From assembly GCA_965217775.1 (NCBI GenBank), contig CBDCJH010000002.1, positions 2,272,001-2,336,000 on the forward strand: a stretch of 64,000 nt of DNA, in the 5' to 3' direction. Positions 49,148 through 59,106 of this stretch are shown here, one piece after another. The stretch is from Acidobacteriota bacterium (GTDB lineage Bacteria > Acidobacteriota > UBA6911 > RPQK01 > JAJDTT01). A program made the translations under genes and the position numbers. The stretch's first letter is position 1. Each line of letters starts with the position of its first letter. Below the pieces are notes generated by a model. That model was not told the origin of the DNA. It did not search any database and saw only the letters and a list, made by a program, of their open reading frames with translations.

Positions 49148-51757
49148 CGAGAGTTCGATCGGGCCCTCAGCAGGTGGGTGGTCCGAGACGGCGAGGGGAT
49201 CCGCTACCTCCTGACGGCCAGGAGGGGACCCGAGGGACGGGCCGGCTTCACCCTTCGAATCTCAAAAAACTCCAGACCTCGATCCCTGGAGGATTTTCTT
49301 CCCCCGGCCGACCTCGTCCCTCCCCGGAATGCCCGGGAATCGATGGGCTGCGCCGGCATGGCCCTGGATGGCGCCGACCGTCTTCATTTTGCCTGGAGCA
49401 CCGAAAAGGGCCTTTCCGGTTACAGCTTGATGAGCCTGGATCGACTCAAGAGGCGTCTGGAGGCCGGAGAGGAGCCACCCTGGGTGAATCCAGCCGACGG
49501 GACGCCGGGAGCGCTGATTCTGGCTGAGGCGGGTTCGCTCGTGGGTGATATCAGGCAGGCGCCCAATGGCGACGTCTGGCTGGCATGGACGGCCGGGGCG
49601 GGCGACGACATCTCCCTCCATCTGGGGAGCACAAGGGGTGGAAAATGGGAAGCTTTCGAAGTCGCGGCCGGAGACAGCCATGCTCCACCCGCGCTTCTCA
49701 TTGACAGCGGGGGGCGCCTTCACCTGGCGTGGCATAACCGGGAAGGGCGTGGTTTCTATCTCAGCAAAGAGCCTTCGGATCTGCGAGAGACGCTCAAGGG
49801 TTCTGCCGTTGAAACCCGGACCTCCTCTTCCGTGCCCGCCGGACCCTGGAGGCTCTGGGCCTATCGGCCGGCCCTGGTGGAGACACCCGCTGGAATACTG
49901 GCGGTCCATGAGAGCGGAACCGCGGAGTTGAGATCCGTGTTTCCAGGGGGCGAAAAAAAGCAACACTTTCCTCTTACCGGTGAGGACGAAAGGTTCGCGT
50001 GGGATTTCTGTCACTCGCCCCGGTTTGCCGTCGACCGCTACGGCATCCCCTGGGTTTTCTTCATCAACGGCACCCGCCAGCACGTGTTTTACGCCCGCTG
50101 GCTGGAAAAGCAGTGGAGTCCGGTCTTGAACGCCTACTGGCTCACGCGCAATACGCCCAGAATGGATGAAAATCATCTCTCCATCGAGCGGCTGGCGGTG
50201 GAGGAGAGAATGGCTGACGATGCTGAGGGGATCGGCGTCTCCATTACCCATGAAAGCCGGTTTCCCCAGACGGCCTATCACACGATGCCGGTCCCGTCTC
50301 TAACGGCCACACCCGGAACCACCGTCTTGTTTTTGGACCTGAAGGAGTTGAAAGCGCTGGACGGTCTGCGCCTGAAGGTCAATGAGGCCACGAAATACGA
50401 GGGAAACCCGGTGATCGGGAGGGGAGCAGCCGGTGATTTTGATGCCGGGGGAGCCTCGCAATTGGGCGTCCTGAAAGAGAACGGCGTGTATCGAATGTGG
50501 TATTCGGGGGTCTTCCGCGAGCCCGGGTCCAAGTGGCCCGAGTCGGGCCCCGTACCCATGCGGCGGATCGGTTACGCGGAGAGTCAGGACGGTTACGATT
50601 TCAGGAAAGTGGATCTGGGGATGGTTCCCTTTGGAGGCCGGGAGCGTACGAATCTGGTTCCGGGACTTCCCCCCGCCCCGGTTTACAAGCCCATTTTTGC
50701 GGGGGGCATCCATCGTGACGCCCACGAGGCGAACCCGGCGAAGAGGTACAAACTGCTGAAGTGGGACCGGGATCCCGTCGAAGATTCGAATGCGCCGCAC
50801 CTGCCGGAGAGGCAGCGCTGGACCCTGTTCACTTCACCTGACGGAATCCGGTGGAGGGAGCAGGTGGCAGGGAACATTTCCTTTCCTGCCGGCCAGCCCA
50901 GTTCTTTCGTGCCGATGTCGCTTTTTTTCGACGAGGCCGAAGAGGATCCGGGAAAGAAATACAAGGCTTACGGTTTTACTTCTCTGAATATCAGCCGCCG
51001 CGGGGGAGCCTACGGCTACAGCCCGGATGCCGTTCACTGGACGGGGCATCCTCAAAACCCCATTTTTGACCCCTTTGCCCGAAGCATACCCGTCGTGAGA
51101 AGCGGCAAGGTGGAACAGATCCATGATGCGGTGGTGTGGAAGCACCACGGCTACTACCTGGCCCTGTATCAATACCAGCACAGCGGGACGAACATGGATG
51201 TGGAACTGGCCGCGAGCCGTGACGGAGAGCACTTCGTATTCATCCAGCCCGGCGAGAAGGTGATCACTCGCGGCATTCCGGACGCCTGGGACTCGGACAT
51301 GGTCGCCCCTTCCGTGCCCCTGGTGGATGGCGAAGATATCAAGCTGTACTACGGAGGCTGGCGCAGTTCGCCCTGGGCGGAAGGACAGCCCTCGGGGGGC
51401 GTGGCGACGCTGAGACTCGACGGCTTTACCCATCTGGAGTTGGTGAAGGACCGGGCGCGAGGGAGTCTCACCACCATTCCCATCGGCCCCGGCACGGCTT
51501 CTGAACTTTACGTGAACGCCGACTGCAGCGAGGGCGGCTCCCTGCAGGTCGAGCTGATCGATCCCGCCACCGGACGGCCCCGGCCGGGGTATTCCAGAGA
51601 GGAGAGTCCCCGGTTCGAGGGGGACTCGGTGGCTTGGAGAGTCGAATGGGAGCAAGGAAGAAGCCTCGATGGGCTGAAGCGGGATTCGTTCCAGATCAAG
51701 TTCCACCTGGCCGCCACCGGGGGATCCCCCAAACTCTATTCATTTAGTTTGAAGTAG
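49055..51757 (+). CDS. Large secreted protein, extra N-terminal domain + beta-propeller GH-like domain (paralogue 4)
   Basis: Signal peptide; YRMWY, YAESQDG, SPDGIRW, SRDG, LRLDGF and KLYSFSL. Confidence 0.75.
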   Translation: MPKVGSLLLLAIPALLHLCSPLLAGPSRLLLREFDRALSRWVVRDGEGIRYLLTARRGPEGRAGFTLRISKNSRPRSLEDFLPPADLVPPRNARESMGCAGMALDGADRLHFAWSTEKGLSGYSLMSLDRLKRRLEAGEEPPWVNPADGTPGALILAEAGSLVGDIRQAPNGDVWLAWTAGAGDDISLHLGSTRGGKWEAFEVAAGDSHAPPALLIDSGGRLHLAWHNREGRGFYLSKEPSDLRETLKGSAVETRTSSSVPAGPWRLWAYRPALVETPAGILAVHESGTAELRSVFPGGEKKQHFPLTGEDERFAWDFCHSPRFAVDRYGIPWVFFINGTRQHVFYARWLEKQWSPVLNAYWLTRNTPRMDENHLSIERLAVEERMADDAEGIGVSITHESRFPQTAYHTMPVPSLTATPGTTVLFLDLKELKALDGLRLKVNEATKYEGNPVIGRGAAGDFDAGGASQLGVLKENGVYRMWYSGVFREPGSKWPESGPVPMRRIGYAESQDGYDFRKVDLGMVPFGGRERTNLVPGLPPAPVYKPIFAGGIHRDAHEANPAKRYKLLKWDRDPVEDSNAPHLPERQRWTLFTSPDGIRWREQVAGNISFPAGQPSSFVPMSLFFDEAEEDPGKKYKAYGFTSLNISRRGGAYGYSPDAVHWTGHPQNPIFDPFARSIPVVRSGKVEQIHDAVVWKHHGYYLALYQYQHSGTNMDVELAASRDGEHFVFIQPGEKVITRGIPDAWDSDMVAPSVPLVDGEDIKLYYGGWRSSPWAEGQPSGGVATLRLDGFTHLELVKDRARGSLTTIPIGPGTASELYVNADCSEGGSLQVELIDPATGRPRPGYSREESPRFEGDSVAWRVEWEQGRSLDGLKRDSFQIKFHLAATGGSPKLYSFSLK

Positions 51758-52314
51758 AACAACGAAAACGCCCCGGAATCTCGAATGGGGGCGAAAACCA
51801 CGGCCCTCTTTATGTCAATTACGGATCTCCTCTACGCTGGCCCGATCCTCCGATTTACCCTCCTATAATCTATCGTTAGACCGCCTCAACGTTAGCATTA
51901 ACGGACGAAATGGGGCTTTTTTCTACGGGCCGATAGACACCGGTTTTCGAGAACAAGAACAGCCGGCCATTCGGCCGGCGGTCCCCGAACCGGACGGTAG
52001 CCGTTCCAGTACCTTCAGGCTTTGTGTAGACCCAGATTATTCATCACGCAAACATAAAATGAGCAAGCGTGTCCGTCATGTCGAGTCGGATCAGAGGGTT
52101 ACCGGATACCCACAGAAAACGGCTGAGACCCGACCTGGGTGAAACGCTATCTTTGTTTTCAACGTCGGTTTAATCCCAGGATTCAAGTGGGTCCGAAACC
52201 CAAGTACTTCCACGGTTTTCGTCCCCTCCAAGGGCGGCAAGAAGAGGCGGCGTGCCCGTCATTTATGGTATGATTATGGTGTTGCTAAAACAACCACAAA
52301 GAACGGAGCACGCC

Positions 52315-53731
52315 ATGCCTGAGACGATACCGCTGATCCGACCCTCATTCAACCGATCCCTCCGCCTCGAGACCCGCCCCGAGTTGCTCAGTGCGGACAC
52401 GGGAGCCCTGGTGCAACGGGAGATGATGGATCGCAGCGGCCTCATCGATTGGTTGACCGAGCGGTTGCACGATCCGCGACACCCGAGTTCGATCCGCTAT
52501 CCGCTGTCGGATCTGCTGCGGACTCGACTCCTGCTGTTGGGGCAGGGCTGGCGCGACCAGTCCGACGCCGACCGCCTGCGTCAGGATCCGAGCTTGCGGG
52601 TGGCGAGCCAGACCCGTCGGGGCACGGCGGCCTTGGAGGAGGGCCACGGGCTGGCGTCACAGCCGACCTTGTCCCGACTGCTGGGCACGCTGAGCCGGGA
52701 GGAGAACCTTCCGGTCCTGCACCAGGCGGTGACGGAGCTGGCGTGCCGTCGGATCGAGATGATCGAAGGTCGGCGGCGAAAACGGGGGAAAAAGAGACGG
52801 AAAAAGACGATGTATCTGGACGTGGACGGTCTCCCGGTGGAGGTCCATGGGCATCCCCCGGGAAGCGAATGGAACGGACACTATCACCAGCGGATGTACC
52901 ATGGGTTGGTGGCGAGTTGTGCCGAGACGGGGGACCTGATCGACGGGGAGATTTTTCCGGGAGCCAGCTACCTGGGGAAGAAGGCGCTGAAGTTGACGCT
53001 CCGGGTGGTGGACCGCTGTCGGGGGCGTCTGTGCGGCTCGATGATCGTGCGGATGGATGCGGGGTTCCCGGAGCCGGGGCTGCTGAAGGGGTTGGAGTCG
53101 AGAAGCGTGCCCTATATCGCTCGAATCCGCAAGAATGAGGTCCTGAACCGGATGGCGAAGCCCTACTTGACCCAACCGGCGGGGCGATCCCCGAAAGCAC
53201 CACCGAGGCTCTGGTTCCATGAGCTGACCTACCAGGCGGAGAGTTGGGATCGGGCGCGCCTGGTGGTGCTGGTGGTGCGGGAGCGACCGGGGGAGTTGTA
53301 TCCGGATCATTTCTGGTTGCTGACGAGCCTGAGCCGGAAGCGTTACGAGGCGGAAGTGTTGCTGGCACAGTATCGCAAGCGGGGGAAGGCGGAAGGGCAC
53401 ATGGGGGAGTTGATGGACGTGCTCGATCCGGCCTTGTCCTCCGCGAGCCGGCCCAAGACGCACTATCACGGAGGCCGGGGTTCGCCCCCACAACGAAGTC
53501 CGGTTCCTGCTGAATCTGCTGGGGTACGAGATCCTGCACCTGGGTCGGGTGCTGATGGAGCAGGCGACGCGTCGGGGCTGGAGTCTGCGTCGTTTTCGCG
53601 AGCGGGTGTTGCGAGTGGCGTCTCGGGCGCTACGTCAGGGGAGGCGATTGATTTTCGTCATCAGTCAAGGGGCGACGGACTGGAAGCGGTTGTGGAAGAA
53701 ACTGGCGCGGGTGTCCTGGGCGCCGGGATAG
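52315..53731 (+). pseudogene. IS1380 family transposase, frameshifted
   Basis: LSADTG, LASQPTLSR, YLDVD, VRMDAGF and YRKRGKAE; a short deletion near 53467 relative to copy 2 shifts the C-terminus into another frame. Confidence 0.85.
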
Positions 53732-53897
53732 TGGACGGAGGAGGCATCGGGCCCGTGGAAGGGACCGAAACGGTGGGAATTTCTCACCGGAAAGTCAACC
53801 TGTCGGCGGGTGACGCCCCCCCTGGCCGATAAACGGTTTATGACTGGTTCAATCGCCCTGTTTTTGAGCCAATTCAGTCGAATCGACAGAGGTTCAA

Positions 53898-55373
53898 CAG
53901 CCCGTGGCAAAATCCGGATTTCTCGGGTTTATGTTCTTTTCGAACGCTGGCGTTGAGATGGCCTAATGATGGATTCGAGGAGCGCAAAACAGCGAATCGG
54001 GCCGGATCGAAGCCCAGCAACGCCCCCAATGGCGATTCCTGGCTATCCAGCGGCCCATTTGCGCCCAAATAAACGTAAAAAGGCGCATCCAGGCGCGACT
54101 TTGGAGACTCCGAGGCGTGCCGACCCCCGTCAGGTGACGCATCAGCAATCCCAGGTTGAATCCGCAGACATGGATCAGCAGTCGCTTGCGCACGTTGGCG
54201 TGCCCCCGCACGAAGATCCGGCGCAACCCCCCGGTCACGAACTGATGCGCGAACGGCCGCTCCACCAACTCGCTCCGCTGCCGCTGTAACCGTCGCCCCC
54301 GCCGGCCCCGAATGCGCCGCCGATTCGCGTACACCGGCGCTTGGTATTTCTTGTTGTTCCCCTTCCAATTTCGCCGCCCCCGATCCGTTTCCGACAGATA
54401 GCTCCGTAGTCCGACCGCCTTCAACTCCAGCACCGTCTCGTTGCTGTGGTATCCCTTGTCCGCCACCACTTCATGGACCTCCGCGTCCGGCTCGACCGCC
54501 GTCACCTCCTCCTGGGCCATCCGGAGCGTCTCGCCCATCGTCTGAGTGTCCCCCAATTCGTCCGGCGCCGTCACCGCCACCACCGCCCCTGTCTCCAGGT
54601 CCACCGCTTCTTCCACCTTGTGGCCCAAACGGGTCCGCCCGTCCTTCAGCTTCGTGATCTTCGCGTCCGGGTCGTGGGGATTCATCCACTCCTCGTTGCT
54701 CATCTTTTTCGGCTTGCGCTTGCGGTCGAACCGGATCAGTTCCTCCCGAGTCGGCGTCTCCACTCCCGACGCCTCCGCCAATCCCCTCACGAACGTCTCA
54801 TAGTCTTTGCCCGTGTCCCGGCGCACGATGCTCCGCATCGCCGCGTTCGCCTCCAGCGTCCTCGCATCGATCCCGATCGTCTTCCCCTTCACCAGTCCCG
54901 CTTCCGCCAACTGCTTCAGCACCCAGGTGAACACCTCTCCGTGCGTCTCCACGTCGATCCGCCGTCGCGTCCGCGACAAGGTCGAATGATTCGGCGGCGC
55001 CTCCTCCGGGTCGTATTCCAGAAAGGCTCGCACGCTCGCCGAATCCGACACCCGCCAGGCGATGGCCCGCTCCGAGTTCAGCCCCTCGAAGTACCCCACC
55101 AGCAGCAGCCGAAAGTACCGTCCGGGCCGCAGACTCGGGCGGCCCAACCGCTCCGCATAAAAGCGCGCACAAAGCTTCTCGACAAAGGCGTCAAACCCGG
55201 CTTTCACCAGCACCTGGTTCAACCGCTCGTAGAAGGGATGTCCCGGACTTCGAGGCAGTTTCTCCGTCGCCACCCACATCTGCCGTTGCCGTCCCGCTGA
55301 CGGTTTCTTTCCCATAGACATAGCGCCATTTTATGTCAGCAGTGTGACTTCTCACGACTTTTGCCACGGGCTG
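53898..55373 (-). mobile_element. IS1182-family insertion sequence
   Basis: TIR CAGCCCGTGGCAAAA at both ends; 4-bp TSD TCAA (53894-97 and 55374-77); the empty site is visible in IS1380 copy 2 (about 58786). Confidence 0.9.
53963..55321 (-). CDS. IS1182-like DDE transposase (intact ORF)
   Basis: GHPFY, GRPSL, PNHSTLSRTRRR, GIDARTLEANA, DPDA, VADKGY and VERPFAH. Confidence 0.85.
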   Translation of the reverse strand: MSMGKKPSAGRQRQMWVATEKLPRSPGHPFYERLNQVLVKAGFDAFVEKLCARFYAERLGRPSLRPGRYFRLLLVGYFEGLNSERAIAWRVSDSASVRAFLEYDPEEAPPNHSTLSRTRRRIDVETHGEVFTWVLKQLAEAGLVKGKTIGIDARTLEANAAMRSIVRRDTGKDYETFVRGLAEASGVETPTREELIRFDRKRKPKKMSNEEWMNPHDPDAKITKLKDGRTRLGHKVEEAVDLETGAVVAVTAPDELGDTQTMGETLRMAQEEVTAVEPDAEVHEVVADKGYHSNETVLELKAVGLRSYLSETDRGRRNWKGNNKKYQAPVYANRRRIRGRRGRRLQRQRSELVERPFAHQFVTGGLRRIFVRGHANVRKRLLIHVCGFNLGLLMRHLTGVGTPRSLQSRAWMRLFTFIWAQMGRWIARNRHWGRCWASIRPDSLFCAPRIHH

Positions 55374-55499
55374 TCAAGAGAAACCGGGCTGCGACCGCAC
55401 GAAAACGCCGCGTTGGAAGCCCTTATCAACATGTTCCATGAATAATCTGGGCTTATTGCGAGTCAACTCGCAGGGTGGCGTGTTCCACGTTATTCTGCT

Positions 55500-56447
55500 A
55501 TGGTCTCTTTTATTATGAAGCTTGTTCTAGACACTCTTGAGCGTCCAACCTCCCGACTGCTGGTCGTCGTGATCGGTTTCCTCATTGCCGGAATCGGTCT
55601 TGCCGAACCCGATCTGGGAAGCATACACCCGAACATAGTTGTCATTGCAGGTTACGCAATTTCAATACTCGGATTGATGTTGATCCTCGTTGCGCATAAC
55701 GCTTCGATTAAACGAAATAATGAAGTAATAGAGGAAATTGACCGAACATTGAATCGGTATTCGACATTGAGTCGTATAGAAAGAAGTTCGAATTCCCAGA
55801 GCGATATCATTAGAAAAACTGCATGCAGCACTCTTATATCGCTTGTTGATAAAGATATACCAGAATTGGCACAAGCAATATATAGCTTCCAGAAAACAGG
55901 AACTACGCAGCTGCAATTAGATGATAACTATCTCGCTAAGAACTCACCATTCGAGTTGTTAAAGTTGCTACCACCTGGTAGCATTTGGCTAGGTGTTTCA
56001 CTGCTTGATCAAGCAAATTGGCAAAGCGATCATCTTCGTGGATTTCTAGATAGGTCAAGGTCGATGTGCGCAGGCAATAGATTGCACATGTGCCGCATAT
56101 ATGCACATGATGGAACTCGTCCTCGAGTATCCAAGGACATGATTGATAGAGATGAGCGAGCAGGTATTAATCTAAAGTTTCTGGACTTACTCAAATTTAA
56201 GGGGGCCAGCTTACCTCGAGACCTTACGCTAATTGTGAAGAACAAATTAGGCTCCGCGAATAAACTCATTGAAAAACTAAATAATCCAAAATCCAAGATT
56301 GACTATGAAGCGATAGGTGCTTTGGTGTTTGAAATTGATCGAAACAGGGCTCTCTCTAAGGTCACGCTATATACCGGGGGTTCGACAGCGTTCGATGGTT
56401 ATTTTAATGACTTTCGACATTGGTGGTCTAGTAGTCTAATCCCATAG
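55500..56447 (+). CDS. AT-rich hypothetical membrane protein (2 N-terminal TM helices)
   Basis: 315-aa ORF with foreign codon usage that fills the gap between the two IS1380 copies. Confidence 0.75.
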   Translation: MVSFIMKLVLDTLERPTSRLLVVVIGFLIAGIGLAEPDLGSIHPNIVVIAGYAISILGLMLILVAHNASIKRNNEVIEEIDRTLNRYSTLSRIERSSNSQSDIIRKTACSTLISLVDKDIPELAQAIYSFQKTGTTQLQLDDNYLAKNSPFELLKLLPPGSIWLGVSLLDQANWQSDHLRGFLDRSRSMCAGNRLHMCRIYAHDGTRPRVSKDMIDRDERAGINLKFLDLLKFKGASLPRDLTLIVKNKLGSANKLIEKLNNPKSKIDYEAIGALVFEIDRNRALSKVTLYTGGSTAFDGYFNDFRHWWSSSLIP

Positions 56448-56736
56448 TCTAACCCCAGATTATTCATCATGCAAACATAAAATGGGAAAGCGTTCCCGCC
56501 ATGTCGAGTCGGATCAGAGGGTTGCAGGATACCCACATAAGAAGGTCGAGAGCCGCCGTGAGTGAAACGCCATCGTGGTTTTCGACTCCGCCTTAATCTT
56601 TGGGTTCAGAGGGGTCCGAAACCCTCGCATTTCCAAGGTTTTCTCCCCTTCCATGGGCGGCAATAAGAGGCGGCGTGCCCGTCATTTATGGTATAGTTAT
56701 GGTGTTAAGAAACAACCACAAAGAACGGAGCACGCC

Positions 56737-58623
56737 ATGCCTGAGACGATACCGCTGATCCGACCCTCATTCAACCGATCCCTCCGCCTCGAGACCCGCC
56801 CCGAGTTGCTCAGTGCGGACACGGGAGCCCTGGTGCAACGGGAGATGATGGATCGCAGCGGCCTCATCGATTGGTTGACCGAGCGGTTGCACGATCCGCG
56901 ACACCCGAGTTCGATCCGCTATCCGCTGTCGGATCTGCTGCGGACTCGACTCCTGCTGCTGGGGCAGGGCTGGCGCGACCAGTCCGACGCCGACCGCCTG
57001 CGTCAGGATCCGAGCTTGCGGGTGGCGAGCCGGACCCGTCGGGGCACGGCGGCCTTGGAGGAGGGCACCGGCCTGGCGTCACAGCCGACCTTGTCCCGAC
57101 TGCTGGACACGCTCAGCCGGAAGGAGAACCTTCCGGTCCTGCACCAGGCGGTGACGGCGCTGGCGTGCCGTCGGATCGAGATGATCGAAGGCCGGCGGCG
57201 AAAACGGGGGAAACAGACCGCACGGAAGAAGAGACGGAAAAAGACGATGTACCTGGACGTGGATGGTCTCCCGGTCGAGGTCCATGGGTATCCCCCGGGA
57301 AGCGAATGGAACGGATACTATCGCCAGCGGATGTACCATGGGTTGGTGGCGAGTTGTGCCGAGACGGGGGACCTGATCGACGGGGAGATTTTTCCGGGAG
57401 CCAGCTCCCTGGGGAAAAAGGCGCTGAAGTTGGCGCTCCGGGTGGTGGACCACTGTCGCGGGCGTCTGTGCGGCTCGATGATCGTGCGGATGGATGCGGG
57501 GTTCCCGGAGCCGGGGCTACTGAAGGGGCTGGAGTCGAGAAGCGTGCCCTATATCGCTCGAATCCGCAAGAATGAGGTCCTGAACCGGATGGCGAAGCCC
57601 TACTTGACCCAACCGGCGGGGCGATCCCCGGATGCACCACCGAGGCTCTGGTTCCATGAGCTGACCTATCAGGCGGAGAGTTGGGATCGGGCGCGCCGGG
57701 TGGTGCTGGTGGTGCGGGAGCGACTGGGGGAGTTGTATCCGGATCATTTCTGGTTGCTGACGAGCCTGAGCCGGAAGCGTTATGAGGCGGAAGCATTGCT
57801 GCCAATGTATCGCAAGCGGGGGAAGGCGGAATGGAGTTGACCCGCTTTCGTGGACACATCCAAAGTAGGGGGAGAAAGGAGGGATCCACGATGGCAAGAA
57901 AGCAGCGGCCGTACCCGCCGGAGTTCCGGCGGGAGATCGTGGGGCTGGTACGCTCGGGGCGATCGCCGGAGTCGCTGGCGCGGGAGTTCGAGCTCTCGGC
58001 GGCGGCGATCCGGAAGTGGGTCAAGCAGGCCGATCTGGACGAGGGGCACCGGAGCGATGGGTTGACGACGTTCGAGCGCCAAGAGTTGCGCCAGGCGAGG
58101 CGGGCCGTCTTCGACATCATTGAGGGATTCTACAACCGGCGGCGCCGACACTCGGCGCTGGGCTACGAGTCGCCGTACCGCTACGAGCAGCAGGCAGCGT
58201 AGGACCAACGGCGGCGGCGAAACTCGATCCGGACGACGAGATCCTCGATTCGTGCTCTCGCCGAATGGACGTGTTCGATCCGGCCTTGTCCTCCGCGAGC
58301 CGGCCCAAGACGCACTATCGGGCCAACCGCTGAAGTCCGAAGCAAAGCCGGAAGCGACGACGGAGGCCGGGGTTCGCCCCCACAACGAAGTCCGGTTCCT
58401 GCTGAATCTGCTGGGGTACGAGATCCTGCACCTGGGTCGGGTGCTGATGGAGCAGGCGACGCGTCGGGGCTGGAGTCTGCGTCGTTTTCGCGAGCGGGTG
58501 TTGCGAGTGGCGAGTCGGGCGCTGCGTCAGGGGCGGCGATTGATTATCGTCATCAGTCAAGGGGCGACGGACTGGAAGCGGCTGTGGAAGAGACTGGCGC
58601 GGGTGTCCTGGGCGCCGGGATAG
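56737..58623 (+). pseudogene. IS1380 family transposase, interrupted by an IS3 remnant
   Basis: Nearly identical to copy 1 up to KAE (57831); homology resumes at about 58265. Confidence 0.85.
57832..58202 (+). mobile_element. Internally deleted IS3-family remnant
   Basis: IRL-like TGGAGTTGACCCGCTTTCGTGGACAC; OrfA HTH (YPPEFRREIV..IRKWVKQ) fused in frame to the OrfB tail (FYNRRRRHSALGYESP); no right IR seen. Confidence 0.8.
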
Positions 58624-58916
58624 TGGACGGAGGAGGCATCGGGCCCGTGGAAGGGACCGAAACGGTGGGGATTTCTCACCAGAAAGTCAACCTGTCGGCG
58701 GGTGACGGTCCCCCTGGCCGGTAAACGGTTTATGACTGGTTCAATCGTCCTGTTTTTGAGCCGATTCAGTCGAATCGACAGAGGTTCAAGAGAAACCGGG
58801 CTCCGACCGCACGAAAACGCCGGGTTGGAAGCCCTTATCAACATGTTCCATGAATAATCTGGGGGAAAAGTACCTCTCGCACTTATCTGGATAAGAAATC
58901 ACTAAAATACCACTAC

Positions 58917-59044
58917 CCAGAATTTCTCACCGGGTCGCTGAGTGCATAACTAAAATGATCGTATCTTCAGTCACTTACCGGTATTTTATTGAAATCTCGA
59001 GGGCACAGCCTGCGCTGGGCGCGCCCCCCGGTGAGAAACGCGGG
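58917..59044. mobile_element. IS1380-type MITE (intact, 128 bp)
   Basis: CCAGAATTTCTCACCGGG...CCCGGTGAGAAACGCGGG; collinear with the element at 14450. Confidence 0.7.
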
Positions 59045-59106
59045 CGAAACAAACCGATTACTGCTTCTCTCGTGAGAAGTGCAGGCGAGACCCTGAAGTC
59101 GCGAGT

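Larger units (their letters stand above)
52031..55451 (+). mobile_element. IS1380-family element, copy 1 (carries a nested IS1182)
   Basis: TIRs CCCAGATTATTCAT and ATGAATAATCTGGG. Confidence 0.85.
56454..58863 (+). mobile_element. IS1380-family element, copy 2 (interrupted)
   Basis: Same TIRs and orientation as copy 1. Confidence 0.85.

Noticed and set aside
51760-52030. Possible ncRNA or terminator in the intergenic region
   Set aside because: Only weak hairpins (GCCCC...GGGGC); no recognisable family.
55452-56453. Integron gene cassette (GTT 11 nt before the ATG; GTCTAAC at the stop)
   Set aside because: Core (GTTATTC) and inverse core are not complementary, no full attC or integrase is present, and TAAC may simply be the IS1380 target site.
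52031-58863. Intact composite transposon with target duplication
   Set aside because: The outer flanks (GTAGA / GGAAA) show no TSD and both transposases are disrupted, so movement as one unit is not demonstrated.
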